DNA of 64,000 nt from Utricularia gibba (GCA_002189035.1 NEEC01000010.1:3348001-3412000); one strand, 5' to 3'; counted from the first letter of the stretch, positions 50,605 through 64,000 are shown. Numbers and translations: made by a program. The notes: generated by a model not told the origin, from the sequence alone.

Positions 50605-51426
50605 TTTTTCGAGAGCTTATTCAATTCTTCCAGTGAAACTAATCGATATGATTCGTGATTCCCGGCGGTTCGTTCCTTGCGGCTGTGATCGGCGGCATCT
50701 CCGGCTAATGCCATGGGCTTTTATCCTGGGTTAAAGGTGATATTGTAGGACGCCTGAAGGGCCCAGTAAGAAGAAATCCATGAATAATAAAATACGCAGA
50801 AAACAATTTTTCCCTATAAATTAATAAGATCGAAATTAAAAATAAAAATAAATAGAAAGGAAACGGCTGGGCTGAACTCGAGCCAGTTGAAGCCGGTGAA
50901 AATCAATATTAGCCGATGGAGTCGAATCCCGGTTACCGTTGCCCCCACCTTCGCCGCTCCACATTTTCGTCGATGGATCCAAACTACCACTATAAGCCAA
51001 CCACTTCTCCCCCCGCCGTGTCCAGTGTGTCCTGTCAACATTGAGACACGTGTGCAGATTCCCCTCCCTCGGCGACACGCATTTCGTCTTACCGGCGGAG
51101 CCGCTAAAAAGCAAGGACACCGTAGCCGCGAGTTGGGCTAAAAAATAGAACAGGGAGTTGGGCAGGGAGAATGTCGGCGCTGACTCACAGTACGTCTTCA
51201 GGGAAATGTTCATTCGACAGGCCCAGCATGTGTAACACCATCCTCCAGTCCACATGCATGAATCCAATAGGAGTAAGAAGCAAACTTGTTGCCCAGTTCA
51301 CTGGCCTTTTCTAGTTCAATGAACATTGGTCCCTAGTCTGACTAGCAACCCAGTCAAGCAACATATCCCTGTACTTATATGGAGTTCCAACTGATGCATC
51401 ATCAATGGAATGTAAATCAACAAAAA

Positions 51427-53559
51427 TCAACGAGTTGTTAGAGGCTTTGCCTTCCTAATGTGGCCCATGCTGTTCACCATATCCTTCCTGGTGCACACTG
51501 GGAACATGTTGATCTTTGTTAGCCCCATGAGTCGCCAGTGAACATAAGGAAAACTAAGCTGATCTCGAGAGGTGAAACGAACGACTTCGTTGAACCAGAG
51601 ACACATGAACAGGTTGGTTGTTGGTGTGTGCTTCCTCACTATTATAGAAGCCTCCGAAAGAGCTGCATATGAAGTGGTATGCTTCTTGAGGGCAGTGTTC
51701 TTATTAGGTGATAAAATCAAAGTTCATACCTTTCTTGCCATCGAACCTCTTGTCCTCAGGAAGACCATCAAGCCGATATTGTGCTATTTGTATGTCAACT
51801 TCCTCTGGGGTGGCCTTGTTTTTCTTGACCACGGCCTTTGCCTCATCGTAAACACTACTGCGGGCTCCATGTTCGGAGATTCCTATTTCATGGTTTGAAC
51901 GCCATAGCAAGGCCTCCAAAACGCCAAGAGGATCTCTCCTGAATTGAGATTTTGAGTCTACCCATATTGAATACCCAGCATTGGGAAACAGGCGATGCGG
52001 AAGCATCTGAAATGGCGCAATATAAACAGAGATGCTTTTGAGGGAACCGAAGTAGAGCAAGAAACCTGAATGTAACACCATCTCCATACCTTTGGAATTT
52101 TTCCATTCAATCTTTGGTCTTTAAAAGGTAAATCTCGAACGATGATAATACGCCAGTTGCCAATGAAGTGATTCTCACCGACTTTGACACCGGCTGATTC
52201 CTGAGACGCAAGTGTAATTTCATCCCAGAAGGCGACATAGCAAACCTGCACAAGATAAAACAAAATCAAACGCATAAAACTCAGTCCTGCACATAGGGAA
52301 AGACTACCTTCTCAAGGGATGCTCTAGTCATTCCTATGGGCTGATAAAGGTCATCGCCACCACCAAATGTACAAGTAGACACCACAAGCCTGCAGGTTCG
52401 TAGGAATTTCTTGTCGTCATCCGAAATTCTAAATCCTCCTGTTTCACTAAAAAAACCACAGGGGACCTCCATCCTTTCGGTAACCTGCATCATGTCTTTT
52501 CAAATTTCACACACCTGCTCAAGGATTTATATCATGTGAATTTCGAAAACACTCATCCTCTATCCAACCAACTTTTGAAGCATAAAATATGGTCACTAAT
52601 TAACAAAGGAAAGAGGGAGCATAAAACTACAACCTGAAAACTTTTCCTTCTTTGCTCAAGGGTTTGGAACCCGGTGAACAAATTATATCTTGTATCCTCC
52701 AAAGACGATTGTGATAAGTTGAACTTGCTATCACCGTCGCTAGCAGTTTCAATGAGGTAATTTAGCACTTTCACTGGACCAAGGGATGTTGTATCTTTTG
52801 GAACATCTAAAAGCTCAAGCTCTTCCCAGGGAAGAAGCTTCAAACAAGCTGCGATATATCAGAAAATCATCATAAACAATTATGCCATCCTCTCCCGCAC
52901 CAGCCTGCATTTAAAGGAAATTCCTAAAAGCAAAGCACGAACGTTTCTTGTTTTTCCTGCCCCTAAGGACGTTCTCAAGATTTTTTCTTTGCCACACAGC
53001 TATGTTTTCAATAACATCAAAAGATACATTGAATACTTGATTGCTAGAAGTGGCTCCAACTGTCCAAATTAGCAATTGATAACTAATCCTTCCTTACAAC
53101 AACAAGCAATAACGTCAAGGAAAAGAAAAAAGTGCATTAGCCGAAACAAAAAAAGAAAAGAAAAGAAAATCTACAATGCCGCAAACCCAAATCATTTTTT
53201 AGTTGAGTGCTATCAAAAGAAACATACTCACGTTCTCGCACTCCTCGAACAACACGGGTCGTGGGTTCAACCCTATCCAAGTTCCCCTTGCCTCTCCGAT
53301 CGATACCATTGTTAACCTTCTCGATTACAGGTGTCCTCCTAGTCTTGAACCGATCCAAGCCGCCCAATTTGAAGGCTTCGTAAACGAACAGGCCCGCAGC
53401 GATGAGGATCACTAATAGTATCCACCAGTCGCAGAGTAGGTGCACAAAACGCCGCCTCCTGTGAGGCCGCGGTTTCCTCCGCTTTCTGTGGATCCGGATT
53501 GGGATCCGACCCGCCAGATCTTCAGGATCGTCGTCGGAAGCCGGCTCCGCGGAAGCCAT
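51427..53559 (-). CDS. DUF616 type-II membrane glycosyltransferase-like protein (MUCI70 family)
   Basis: N-terminal TM; CRLVVSTCTFGGGDDLYQPIG; VCYVAFWDE; RDLPFKDQRLNGKIPK; HRLFPNAGYSIWVDSK; EASIIVRKHT; CLWFNEVVRFTSRDQLSFPY. Confidence 0.88.
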
Positions 53560-54578
53560 CTGTCTGCGTTCCTCTCAGCTGTTATGTCCAATGCTTCCGA
53601 CTCATACTAAACAGTAACATTGGCACGCCGTTTATTAATACCTTTTTCTTGTTTAAATTAAATTTATTTTGCAAATTACATTAACACCCTTGTCATATAA
53701 AATAATGTTTAATGGTACGTAGTTGAATCGGGGCGTTGCCCGATTTGCACCCCGGACCCCTTTTAAAACCACATTGAAGACATTTTCCCACATTATTGTA
53801 AAATAAGTTCTATTTCTAAGAAAAAAGGATAGAAAATGATCAGTAAGGTTATTTTACGTAAATCAAAAATAAAAATAGAAATACGATTTGACTTATACCA
53901 AATTAGGATAAAAAAAAATACTTGAATCGATTCATACTCGTTTATAAATAAATCCAGAATTACTCGGGTTAACTGGTATGAAGAGGGGTGAGACTTGGGA
54001 GATTGGGCGACCAAAGGCAAAGCCCACCAAAGTAGGTTTAGTTGGCATGTCGCTCCTCCCCTCTAACTAACCTGGAGATTAATTTAAGTAAATGGGGTGC
54101 CACGTGTCCCCGAAAATGACCCAAATAAATAAATGTGAATTTTCATGATTGGGACGGCCCAACGCGTATTCGGTGGATATTCAATTATTTTAAAAAACTA
54201 TTCCCCTTCCTTTTGGTCAATGTGAATCATGCAGTTATCCCGCTTTACTTCTTTTGGCTGGAATAAGGGCAAAATGCCAATGACTCCTTCCTCCCTAAGG
54301 CATGAGATTATCGCAATCCCATCCCATTGTTTTCTTTTTCCCCCCACAGTAAATAAAAGTTTACAGCAGCATTAAAATATTTGTTGGAATTTGCAGAGGC
54401 AAAATTAATTCATGGGTGCCCAGCACCGACAACCCAAATTGCCCGCAAAGCATTTCCCCTTCTTCTCATGTAGTGTACACATGCGCGGTATGCGGTGAAT
54501 TTTAGTTACCCCATGGTCATGGAGATGATATCTTGTTTACTTACAGCTATCCTTACTGCTTCTTTTGTGTTTTCGGGA

Positions 54579-55631
54579 TCAAGAATCCAACAAAAATGGC
54601 GGTTTTAACAGGTCGTAGGGAGCCCACAGCGTATCCAGAGGGCATGGCCGACCGGCGTCCAGCCGGGCCCAGGGCTTCCCCTTTCCGCTCCAATGGAGAA
54701 GGCTGACGGGGCCGGGATGGAGATCGCGGCACAGTCCTCTGTAGTTGTCGCCCCCCAGTCCGTGCTGGTTCCACCGGTGATCCACCGCAGAGATTTTGCC
54801 TGCAAACACCAGTAGAAACGGGGGCAGAGAACCCAATTCGTAGATTCTCATTCGCTTCTGCAGCTCCATCCATTCCTCTATCTTCCTCGTGTAGTCGCGG
54901 GAGCGCCATCGGTCCAGATCAATCACCATGACTCCCGTGTTGAAGTAGCACGCTCTTCTGTCGGAAAACGTGGCGGCGAGGGATGGGTTGGACCAGAAGG
55001 TCGGGGTGAAGTAGAAGGTGAAATTCGCGTTACAATACTCTGGCGCCGCCAGCACGGCCTCCTCTCCCAGCTCCGTCGCCGCGAGTTTCGCGATATCGTC
55101 CACCAGAACGAGGTCGGAGTCCAGGTACACCACGCGGCGGACGCAAGGCGGCAGGATTTCCGCCAGGTAACTCCTGGCGTAGTTGAGGGGACAGTCCAGC
55201 GCAGACCTGATGGACGTGGAAATCAACCCTGCGACAGGAGAATCACGAAATCTGTAGATCTGAAATCTCAGGTAAGGAAACGACGTCGCAACGGTATCCC
55301 GAAGCGTGGATTCATCCCCGGCGGATTCGCTGACGACGAAGTGGAAGAAAATGTTTTGTGGGCAAGAAGAATGCTGGAGAATAGAAAGCACCGCCGCCAT
55401 GGACCCACGAATGTACTTCATATCAAGCGTCATGGCGACATGGATGGCCTCCCCCGAGCAAGCAACGCCGACTTGAATCCGTGCACATCCTCCGGAATTG
55501 TAGAACTCCGGCGCCTCTCTGAATTCGCCGCGCATCGCCAGAGAGCCGGAGAAGAAGAAGAAGAAGAGCAGAAGAAGAGAGAGGAGGAGGAGGAGTTGGG
55601 AGTAGTTGTTGCTCATGTTGTTTGACGACAT
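54579..55631 (-). CDS. GATL1: Galacturonosyltransferase-like GT8 (PARVUS/GATL1-like), intronless
   Basis: 350-aa ORF: [66 protein letters not shown]. Family is certain; the exact paralogue is less so. Confidence 0.9.
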   Translation of the reverse strand: MSSNNMSNNYSQLLLLLSLLLLFFFFFSGSLAMRGEFREAPEFYNSGGCARIQVGVACSGEAIHVAMTLDMKYIRGSMAAVLSILQHSSCPQNIFFHFVVSESAGDESTLRDTVATSFPYLRFQIYRFRDSPVAGLISTSIRSALDCPLNYARSYLAEILPPCVRRVVYLDSDLVLVDDIAKLAATELGEEAVLAAPEYCNANFTFYFTPTFWSNPSLAATFSDRRACYFNTGVMVIDLDRWRSRDYTRKIEEWMELQKRMRIYELGSLPPFLLVFAGKISAVDHRWNQHGLGGDNYRGLCRDLHPGPVSLLHWSGKGKPWARLDAGRPCPLDTLWAPYDLLKPPFLLDS

Positions 55632-56497
55632 GTGTGTTGTTGAAAGTGCTCTCCCTCCGCCTGCGATTTATGTGCGTCCAATTTGGGTTTAATTATTTAA
55701 TATTATTATCAGTCACTTTGAAGTTAATGCCCATGACGCAAAGCACACGCCTTTGGGAACTTTGTATCCGGGTTCATGTAATAATAATGTGCGCAAAGCA
55801 CACTGTATTGACTTGGGAATCAATCACCCGATTAGCAGACCCGACCCGACCCGAACATGGATCCTCCTTTTTCTTCTGCAAACAAACGCGTTTTCACACG
55901 AGCATGGGCGGTGCCTGCCTGCTTCGCGCAGTCGCCGTTGTTGGTGGCACTGTTGGCGTACGGAGGTTGCAGATAGGGGGGCTGACTATGAGGTGCGTCA
56001 TTTATTCCATGTCACGTCTTTGGTTTTCAAGGTGTCTGGGTGATGCAATACGTGTGCAGCTGAGTTGGCTAATTGGCATCCATGAGCATTAACTGTGCAA
56101 CCAGCACACATCGACTGCCTTGGGACAGCGCATCGCACCGCACCGCACCTTCTGGGAAGGAAGGTGAAACGTAGTTTGGAATTCAAGAAATGAGTTAGGT
56201 GTCCTGTTGTTGGTGTGTGTTTGTTGAGGTTGCTTCGTAAAGGCGGATGCTTTGAAATGGAAATCAACATCTAGAAGCTTCCTAATCGGTCTCTCAGCAG
56301 CTCCTTGTTAATAATTATTTCCAAGCTTGGATCGAGTCTGAGAAAAAATGTCCAAGAGTTGGGAGACTCGCCATGGGAATGAAGCACCATATGCAGTTGG
56401 TGTGTAGTATACAGGACAAGTTACTAAAACCAAGAAGCAAATGCAACAACGGGGGGCAGCACAGGACACAGAGCATACAGGTGAGGAAAATCTCTGC

Positions 56498-57208
56498 CTA
56501 GCCCCAGATTAAGGTCAGAATGACACTGAAACCGATCACCAATAGAAGGAACTTCAGAGTGGCATCCGCCTGCTGTTGCTGGTCACCATGTTGGGCAGGA
56601 TATCGAGCCGGTCCGCTGTGGTATGCATTTGGATATCCGTGGTAAAAGCTAGGTCCATACATGCTGGCATTAGGAAATCCATGCAGCTGGATGTTGAAGA
56701 TGGAAGGGAATAGGCCTCCAAGTGAAGTTGGCCATGTGAAGTTCCCGAACCTGGTCTGAACCATTGGTCCGAAACTCCCAAAAGGACCAAAGCCAAAACC
56801 ACCCGTGAACCCATACCCTGGTTGACCATAAACACTGGCGTTTGGATCGGGTGGAGGTGTTGTCTCAGGTCTCTGTCCCGTTGGTCGATGAGGAATATCC
56901 ATTCCAGGAACTGATTTAGATCGAGGGTCTGTTGAGTTCTTTCCACGGCCATACAATGGGACTAGTCTCTCCTCCACGATAAGTGCCTTGCAAACGGGGC
57001 ACTCATGGGATTGGGAGTGGATGTGGAGCCATTGGTAAAGGCACGGCCAACAGAAGAGATGGCCACAGAGGGTGACAATTGGATCTTGAGCCAATTCCAG
57101 GCAAATGTTGCACTCAAAATTTCCAGTGTCACCACTGACATTGCCACTGCTTGAGCAAGAATTGGTTGGAGGCTGTCCACTCATTGAATCGCCGAATCCA
57201 CTGGACAT
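56498..57208 (-). CDS. RMA-type RING membrane-anchor E3 ubiquitin ligase (ERAD)
   Basis: FECNICLELAQDPIVTLCGHLFCWPCLYQW...CPVCKA; VPLYGRG; IPHRPTGQRP; C-terminal TM LKFLLLVIGFSVILTLIWG. Confidence 0.92.
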   Translation of the reverse strand: MSSGFGDSMSGQPPTNSCSSSGNVSGDTGNFECNICLELAQDPIVTLCGHLFCWPCLYQWLHIHSQSHECPVCKALIVEERLVPLYGRGKNSTDPRSKSVPGMDIPHRPTGQRPETTPPPDPNASVYGQPGYGFTGGFGFGPFGSFGPMVQTRFGNFTWPTSLGGLFPSIFNIQLHGFPNASMYGPSFYHGYPNAYHSGPARYPAQHGDQQQQADATLKFLLLVIGFSVILTLIWG

Positions 57209-58841
57209 CTTTAAACTGCGCACAACAGAATCATACCATCCATCATGTGTAACCAACGAAATGCATAACATAGATGAACACACCATAAAACGTCCGAGGT
57301 AATTGAAAAATTTGCCGACAATTTATAAAGTACATACGGAAAAGCGTTAGCCTTCGACCGGATTCAAATCTAAAAACCCAAACCCACAATAACCATACCC
57401 TAGATAACCAAAAAACTGCCATCACTCGGACCAATTCACCGACTTTTTGAAAGATAAAAAGCATCAATCGGACCTTTTATCCGCCACGCCTTGCAAGAAC
57501 CGAATCTGAACAAATTATGGAGAGAAGAAACCTGTGGATTGGAGAGACGCGAAAAGGATGTTAGGTGGAGGTGTTACCGTTGAATCCACCAACGCGAATC
57601 TACCTGATTGATTCATTCTACGCTGGTGGCGGAAAAATTCCGAAAAGGGGGTCTGTTTAGCAACGACGTCGTTTCAAGTTCGCAAGCCCATTGTTATGGG
57701 AAATCCAATAAGATAGACGCCAATGGGCCCCGCGTGGCATTTGATTAATTATTATCAGAAAAAAAAATACCTGAAATGGACAGAGACAGGTACTTAATCA
57801 TCTAAACCTGGTGATTCCTTTGCTCTGCCCGTCACGACTGAAGTAGCAGATGATGGGCAAAACAGCACACCGTGAATGGAATGGATATTCGGATTCCATC
57901 TCACAATTCTACCTGCAGACGAGCATTAGGACAATACAACAGTACATGAATCGGATTCAAAGAAACGCCCACTTTTTTTGTTGGTTTAATTTAATTAAAT
58001 TGACTTATCGGATTCAATAGTAATTAAATTAAAATAAAGGATGTTCTAATCTAATTCTCATTTTTCATTTTACTTCTTTTTAGAATGAAAAATAATATAA
58101 ATTTCATCCTCTTTCTCATTGTAAAAAGTAAAATGCATTTTGGAGAAGTAGAATGTAAATTTAATGGCAATGTAAATTTTATTTTTGTACTGATAACAAA
58201 ATTGTGTATTTCATAAAAAATTAGATTTTCCATAATTCTTTTGTGGATGAAAAAGAATATTGACATCAGCGAATTTAAAAAAGAGTTCTGCGATGGCTAA
58301 CCAAATAAAACAACTATTTATTCTCAGCCAGCCCGATTTTACTCTCCTCTCCCTCACATCTGCACTGGAATCTCGAATTGCAAGTTTTCGCGTTGCTCTC
58401 AGGTACTCTTTCCTAGTTCTAAACTTTCTTGTTTCTGCAAACCTTCTTGATTTTTCGCGTTATGCCCTCCTCATTTTTTACATGTAATATCGTTGAATTG
58501 ATGAAGTTGTTCCGCGGATCGTTGTGTGTTGGCGATCTTTCAGCTGTTCTTGTTGTTCAATTTCTCAATGAGTTATGGTGAATTGGGGTTTGATTTTTGT
58601 TAGGGCTTCTTATGGTTCCCCTGAATCGCCAATTTAGGTTTTTTTTTTTAAAAAAAATATTTTGACACACAAGGTTTTAGAATCGCGATGGTTCATCTGA
58701 AAAGATTAAGCCGTTGATTTTTTTACTTCATATAAAAGCTTCTACTGTTGGATTTCAGTGTAAAATATTTACATATTTCTTTGTATAGTGTTTTCTTTTT
58801 ATTTGAAAGCTGTATATCATCCACAGAGTCAAATTTAAAAA

Positions 58842-59863
58842 ATGATTAAGCTGTTCAAAGTAAAGGAGAAGCAGAGGGAACTTGCTGAAAATGCCGATGG
58901 GAAACCTCCTGCCAAGAAGCAAAGTGCTGGAGAATTACGGCTTCACAAAGGTTTCTGTATACGTGGAGAACATCATTTTGTGTTGTGATTGAATAAATCG
59001 TCTGCTATGCTTTTCAGTTAAGTGTATACAATTTTATTCACATGTTATAGAAGCAACATGACATGCATTTCTCACGTAAAGGAATTATGCTGGATTGCAT
59101 CTTTTGTTAGTTTCTTTACTTTTGGACCCTTTTTTGAGGATTACTTGCATTAGTTCAATGCTTATGCTGCAGATATAAGCGAGCTAAACCTGCCAAAAAC
59201 ATGTAGCATTTCATTCCCTAACGGCAAGGATGACCTCATGAACTTTGAAGTATCGATCCGTCCTGATGATGGTTACTATCTGTAAGCACTTGGTCCTCTT
59301 GGCCTTTTCCCCCTCCATTCCTTCTTGTATAATCATCTGATATGACTGTCTTTTTTTTTTTTTTCTCAGGGGTGGGACATTTACGTTCTCATTTCAGATT
59401 TCCCCACTATACCCCCATGATGCACCAAAAGTGAAATGCAAGACTAAGGTAATTAAGTTTTCTGTCGCTTGTTGTACGAAATGTTATTGTTCTGTGTTTC
59501 TCACTGAACTCCCTAAATCCATTCATCCTTCAGGTGTACCATCCCAACATTGACTTGGAAGGAAATGTTTGCCTGAACATTCTTCGAGAAGACTGGAAGC
59601 CTGTGCTCAACATAAACACTATCATATATGGATTATATCATCTTTTCACGGTACCTATCTCTTCTTTCACCAAGACGCATACTTGAAAATTTATATAACT
59701 CTTGCTGGTGGTTCTCCACGAACAGGAGCCAAATCATGAGGATCCTCTGAATCATGACGCGGCAGCAGTGTTGAGGGATAATCCAAAGATGTTTGAATCC
59801 AATGTCAGGAGAGCAATGTTGGGCGGCTACGTAGGGCCAACTTACTTCCCCCGCTGCATATAA
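58842..59863 (+). CDS. RCE1: RUB1/NEDD8-conjugating enzyme Ubc12
   Basis: [13 protein letters not shown]; [17 protein letters not shown]; [24 protein letters not shown]; [13 protein letters not shown]. Five coding exons with GT-AG junctions. Confidence 0.95.
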
Positions 59864-61211
59864 GCAGCAGCATTGACGAAGTTGGGCCAGCCTTGATGCA
59901 GGTCAGAAGACTGCTGTACACAGCGTCTCCACACATGAACCCCACTCCCAACTTCCCCATACTTTTTTTTTTTTTTCTTTTGTGCTGGTCATGTTGTCAC
60001 TGTCCAGCAATAAGAACCATGGACAATGGGAACGTGATGTTGAAGTGGACTTGTCCTCCGATCCAGAATGTGAAAGTGTGCTCCTTGTGTCTTGTTTATC
60101 TATGTCCGTGGGGTCAAGCCGCATTAGTGATGCTTGTGTCGAACGTGATCTTGTCCCCTGTATCATTCATTCATTCATCGGTCTTGTGGGTTGAGTGAGA
60201 TGCTGCATGAGGAAGAAGCTAAGCTTGCTGATGGCAGACAACATGGCTGGCTCTCTTCTGCCGGCGGCGTGGGGCCACGTGTCCGTCCTATCCTCATCCA
60301 TTGCCCCTAGACGTGTCATCGGTTGTAGGGGGGCAGCAGCGGGTGTATGTATCTATGATTCACCCCCCCAAAATTGGGTGGGTGTTGGGCAGTGAGTTGT
60401 GCCTGCGGTCAAACACAGAAATCGGCCCGGCCCGGCCCACGAGATAGTGAACTCTTTGGCGGTTCCGTTCCATTTTCTACCAGGGAGTGACGTGGATTGT
60501 TCTCATTGGCTGGTTGACCAGAGCATTACTAATTTTAAAGGGGGGATGGGATAGTTGTTTGTGCATATAAAAGACAATACCCCAATTAAATATGGTAAAA
60601 AAAAAAAGGGATGAAACGAAGTGGGGCCGGGGAGTGGACCGGTCAAAGCGGTTGAAGTCCATTCATCATCTGAAGAAAGTGATTGTGTGAGAAAAGAAAG
60701 GGAAGTGGAGGGAGCGCAAGTCACAGGCATAGGCAGGCTGGTGCCTGGTGGCATCCATTGCCATTGGGTATGTTGTTATGTTGAGGATGAGGAGAGGTGG
60801 GGCGGGACCCACGTGAGTGTACTGGACTGCACCGGGGCGATAAATATTAATAACCGTCTCTGTCTCTGCGTCTGGACGGGACGGAACGGAGCGGGGGCGG
60901 GGCTTCCATTCCACGTCCAAATACCTTCCATCCTCCGCCCCGCTCCGCGCCCGAAATCGAAAAAGGAAAAAGAGTAAATAGATGCAATAATAATAATGAG
61001 ATGAGCTGCAGCAGCAGCAGCAGCGGAAACTGAGAGACGCAGGCAGGCAGGCAGAGAAAAAAAAAAGGAAGAAGAAAAAAGTGGAGAGATTCTTCCACAA
61101 CTGGTGGACGCAGCGTAATCCTCGTGAATGTACCGGCTACCCACCCGCGACTTGCTCCTCGCTTGATTCACGCGCCACGCCCAACCAACATTGCCTTCCC
61201 TTTCGACAAAA

Positions 61212-62523
61212 ATGATATGGGAAGGCTCCACGGCTTCTTCCGCCGAGGGCGGGGCCGGACCTCCTAGTGGAGCTGCACCCGCCCCCGGCTCCGCGCGGAG
61301 GAAGCCGTCCTGGAGGGAGAGGGAGAATAATCGGAGGAGGGAGAGGCGGAGGAGGGCGATTGCAGCCAAGATTTATGCCGGCCTTAGGGCACAGGGGAAC
61401 TACAATCTGCCCAAGCATTGTGATAACAACGAAGTCTTGAAAGCTCTCTGCCTTGAGGCTGGCTGGGTTGTCGAACCCGATGGCACCACTTACCGCAAGG
61501 TACTTGCTTCTTTTCACTTCCCCTTCTTTCTTTCTTTCTTCCTTCCTTTTTTAGCAGATCTGCTTATAGGTTTAGCTTTCCCAGTACTACACTCTCCTTT
61601 CTTCTTCAACATGTCCATATTTTGCAGCCACTGGGCTTTGATTCATGGATTTTAGGCATTCCTCTCTGTCAAGTAGTTTTTTATAGTGGTTTCTGGTGAA
61701 GAAGATGAAAAATTTGTGTTTCTCTTTTTCGAGCTTAGGCTCTGTTGTGTACTTTGTCTTGGGTTGCTGCTGCATTGTTGAAATGCTTGTTTGTTTAATC
61801 TGGCAGGGGTGCAGGCCATCCCCAATGGAAATTGGGGGTACTTCAGCGAACATCACTCCCAGTTCTTCCCGGAATCCCAGTCCACCCTCTTCCTATTTTG
61901 CAAGTCCGATTCCTTCATATCAACCCAGTCCTTCATCCTCATCTTACCCAAGTCCATCTCGCCATGATGCGGCTAATAGTTTGTCGCATCCATTTGCATT
62001 CCTCCTCAACTCCTTACCATCGGCTCTTCCGCCGTTACGGATATCAAGCAGTGCCCCCGTCACCCCACCATTGTCTTCTCCCAGAAAGCTCCCTAAGCAA
62101 ACAATCAACTTGGAGTTAGAGGCCCTTGCTAAAGAATCAATTTCTTCATTCAATAGCCCTTTCTTTGCGGTCTCTGCTCCAACAAGTCCTATTCGTGTTC
62201 AGCGTTTTACTCCCATCACAATCCCAGAGTGTGATGAATCGGATACTTCCTCCACCATGGATTCAGGCCACTGGATGAATTTCCAGGCCTATGCAAACGC
62301 CCCCACTGCCATTCCAACTTCTCCAATGTTCAATCTTATGAAGAAACCCATTCCTCAATCCGTCCCATCTCGGGAAACCAGCATGGTTGATACTGAAAAA
62401 GGCAAGAGCAAGGAATTCGACTTTGAGAACATGGCCGTGAAACCGTGGGAAGGGGAGAAGATCCATGATGTTGGAATGGATGATCTTGAACTCACTCTTG
62501 GCAGTGGAAACTCTCGGGTTTGA
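61212..62523 (+). CDS. BZR1: BZR1/BES1-family brassinosteroid transcription factor
   Basis: Exons 61212-61499 and 61807-62523. [51 protein letters not shown]; 14-3-3 region [15 protein letters not shown]; TIPECDESD; EAR-like DDLELTLG. Paralogue identity (BZR1/BES1/BEH1-2) is unresolved. Confidence 0.93.
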
Positions 62524-63519
62524 TCATCATCATCTTCATCCCACGATGGAAAAAAAGGTTTCAGGTGCAGCATTGCTTCCTTCATCATTCCTTCACCATA
62601 TTATATCTATCCATGGCATTGTCAAAATATCTGAGCACCAACTTGCCACTGGCACAATTCATCTGAATTTCCTTCCACTGGTAGTTTAGACATGTGTCGT
62701 CTGAGAGCACTTGTTCTATTCATTTTGTCTGCAAAATCAAAAAAAAAAACATCGTGTTTTGTACCTTCTTCTTCTTATTCTTCTAATGGCAGTGGTTTTA
62801 CCATCATCCCATGTATGTACTAAACCCTGATTAGCGACATGAAGAGAGTGTGTTATGCAGGAAAGCATTTAAAGCATGCAGCTCATAGGGCTGAATGCCC
62901 ATGTTCAATTAGCGGTTGTCATTGGCCCCTCTTGAAAGCTGGCTGCTTGATCCATTGGGACCAATGGCATTAACTCTTATTGCCCTGAGGCAGGCAAAGG
63001 CAATGGAGGTACAAGAAAAATACAAGGATCATGTGGACACACACAGAGTAAAGAGAAGAGAAGAGAATCCAGTTGTTCAATCTGCTTAGATGTGTTGTCC
63101 TAATTATCAATCACATGGTCTGCTCCTCATTAATCTCTCGTGTTCTGAACTGATGATGCGGCAATCATTCATCTCATGCCTCATGCTCACGTCATTGCTC
63201 AACTAGGATGTAGGGAAGCACTCTTGCAGCCAACACACGACGGCCCTGAAATTGTCAGTTTGGGGGCGATGGACCTGGACCTCCTTCACAGGATTCGGAA
63301 TGGGGCCGGGCCATTGTGTGATTTTGCCCCGGCCCATATCGACGATAAACAACACACACACACTTTGACGATACGGTCGATGCCGCAGTTTCACTGTGAT
63401 TGCGAAGGCGACAGAGATTCGTATTGTCCGAAGCAGGGCAGCGCAGGGGCACTCCACCTCCACCTCTTCCCTCTACTTACTACTGCTGCTGGTATAAGAG
63501 ATATATTTGTTCCAAATAA

Positions 63520-63541
63520 ATAATAATAATAATAATAATAG
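63520..63541. repeat. (TAA)n microsatellite
   Basis: taataataataataataata tract. Confidence 0.75.
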
Positions 63542-63671
63542 AATAATGGTGTTAAATAAATACCGATAGGCGGGGCCCACAGCTCTGCCCGCTCCATGCA
63601 TTGCATGCATCGTCATCCCCTCGCCTTAGCCGCTTCTCTTGACCACCCACCGCCACCGCCACCGCCTTCCA

Positions 63672-63702
63672 GTGTGTGTGTGTGTGTGTGTGCGTGTGCG
63701 TG
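63672..63702. repeat. (GT)n/(GTGC)n microsatellite
   Basis: gtgtgtgtgtgtgtgtgtgtgcgtgtgcgtg tract. Confidence 0.8.
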
Positions 63703-64000
63703 TTTTTTATTTGTATAGCACAAGGACGCATTATTTGTTTGATGCTGCTGCTGCAATCGCACAAAAAGAAGAAACGTGTACGGCCCTCGCTCAGTATTCA
63801 ATTCAATTCATTCCACTTTCAGGGGCATGATTCCAAATTTCATGATATCCATCCGATTAAAGAAAAAGAAGAAAACGACGTCGTAAATTATTATTCTGAA
63901 AAAAAAAAAAAGGACGCAAAACAAAAAGGGAAGCAAACTATAGAATCGACGGCTTCCGCTCGGATGCATCCTCCCATGCACCCACCCCGGAGAGGTCACC

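Noticed and set aside
57700-57745. ER-stress element upstream of the RMA ligase (CCAAT and CCACG present)
   Set aside because: Orientation and spacing match neither ERSE (CCAAT-N9/10-CCACG) nor ERSE-II.
57985-58320. AT-rich islands (also 17520-17880, 29700-29935, 53630-53960) as MITEs
   Set aside because: I could not identify terminal inverted repeats or target-site duplications; they are consistent with ordinary promoter or spacer DNA.
60982-61033. Tiny uORFs upstream of BZR1 (e.g. MSCSSSSSGN at 61001-61033)
   Set aside because: The transcription start is unknown and may lie downstream, and they match no conserved-peptide uORF that I recognise.
62835-62858. GACATGAAGAGAGTG resembles miR156
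   Set aside because: It has an insertion and a divergent 3' end, with no fold-back partner.
63145-63168. GAACTGATGATGCGGCAAT resembles miR172 or its target site
   Set aside because: It needs two deletions in the seed region plus mismatches, no complementary star arm was found and the bulge position does not fit a target mimic.

Overview
Eudicot plant nuclear DNA from an unusually compact genome: 21 recognisable protein-coding loci in 64 kb (about one per 3 kb), mostly 70-100 nt introns, intergenic gaps of 0.1-1 kb and no intact transposon. This resembles miniature Lentibulariaceae genomes (Utricularia/Genlisea), but the species is an inference. In order: zf-HIT/BCD1-like gene (partial), C3HC4 RING ligase, HEXO2, a ~2100-aa uncharacterised protein, a decayed bHLH010/089/091-type gene, a clade-A AHL, CHY1-like hydrolase, eIF4G, SYP132, NRG2-like DUF630/632, LCMT1, mTERF18-like, a PIP-family secreted peptide, FKBP16-3, a TBC Rab-GAP, lumazine synthase, a DUF616 glycosyltransferase, GATL1-like, RMA-type RING ligase, RCE1 and a BZR1/BES1 factor. 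Notable points: (i) seven apparent frameshifts, each repairable by one base at a homopolymer run in an otherwise intact gene, most likely assembly errors; (ii) the bHLH has non-homopolymer lesions and looks like a real pseudogene; (iii) five GC-AG introns, three in the giant unknown gene; (iv) an intron in a normally intronless AHL clade; (v) a PIP peptide gene with a W-box cluster; (vi) unexplained coding-like or spliced segments at about 30.2-30.5, 42.1-43.3 and 63.2-63.7 kb. All assignments come from manual translation and recalled family motifs; no database search was run.
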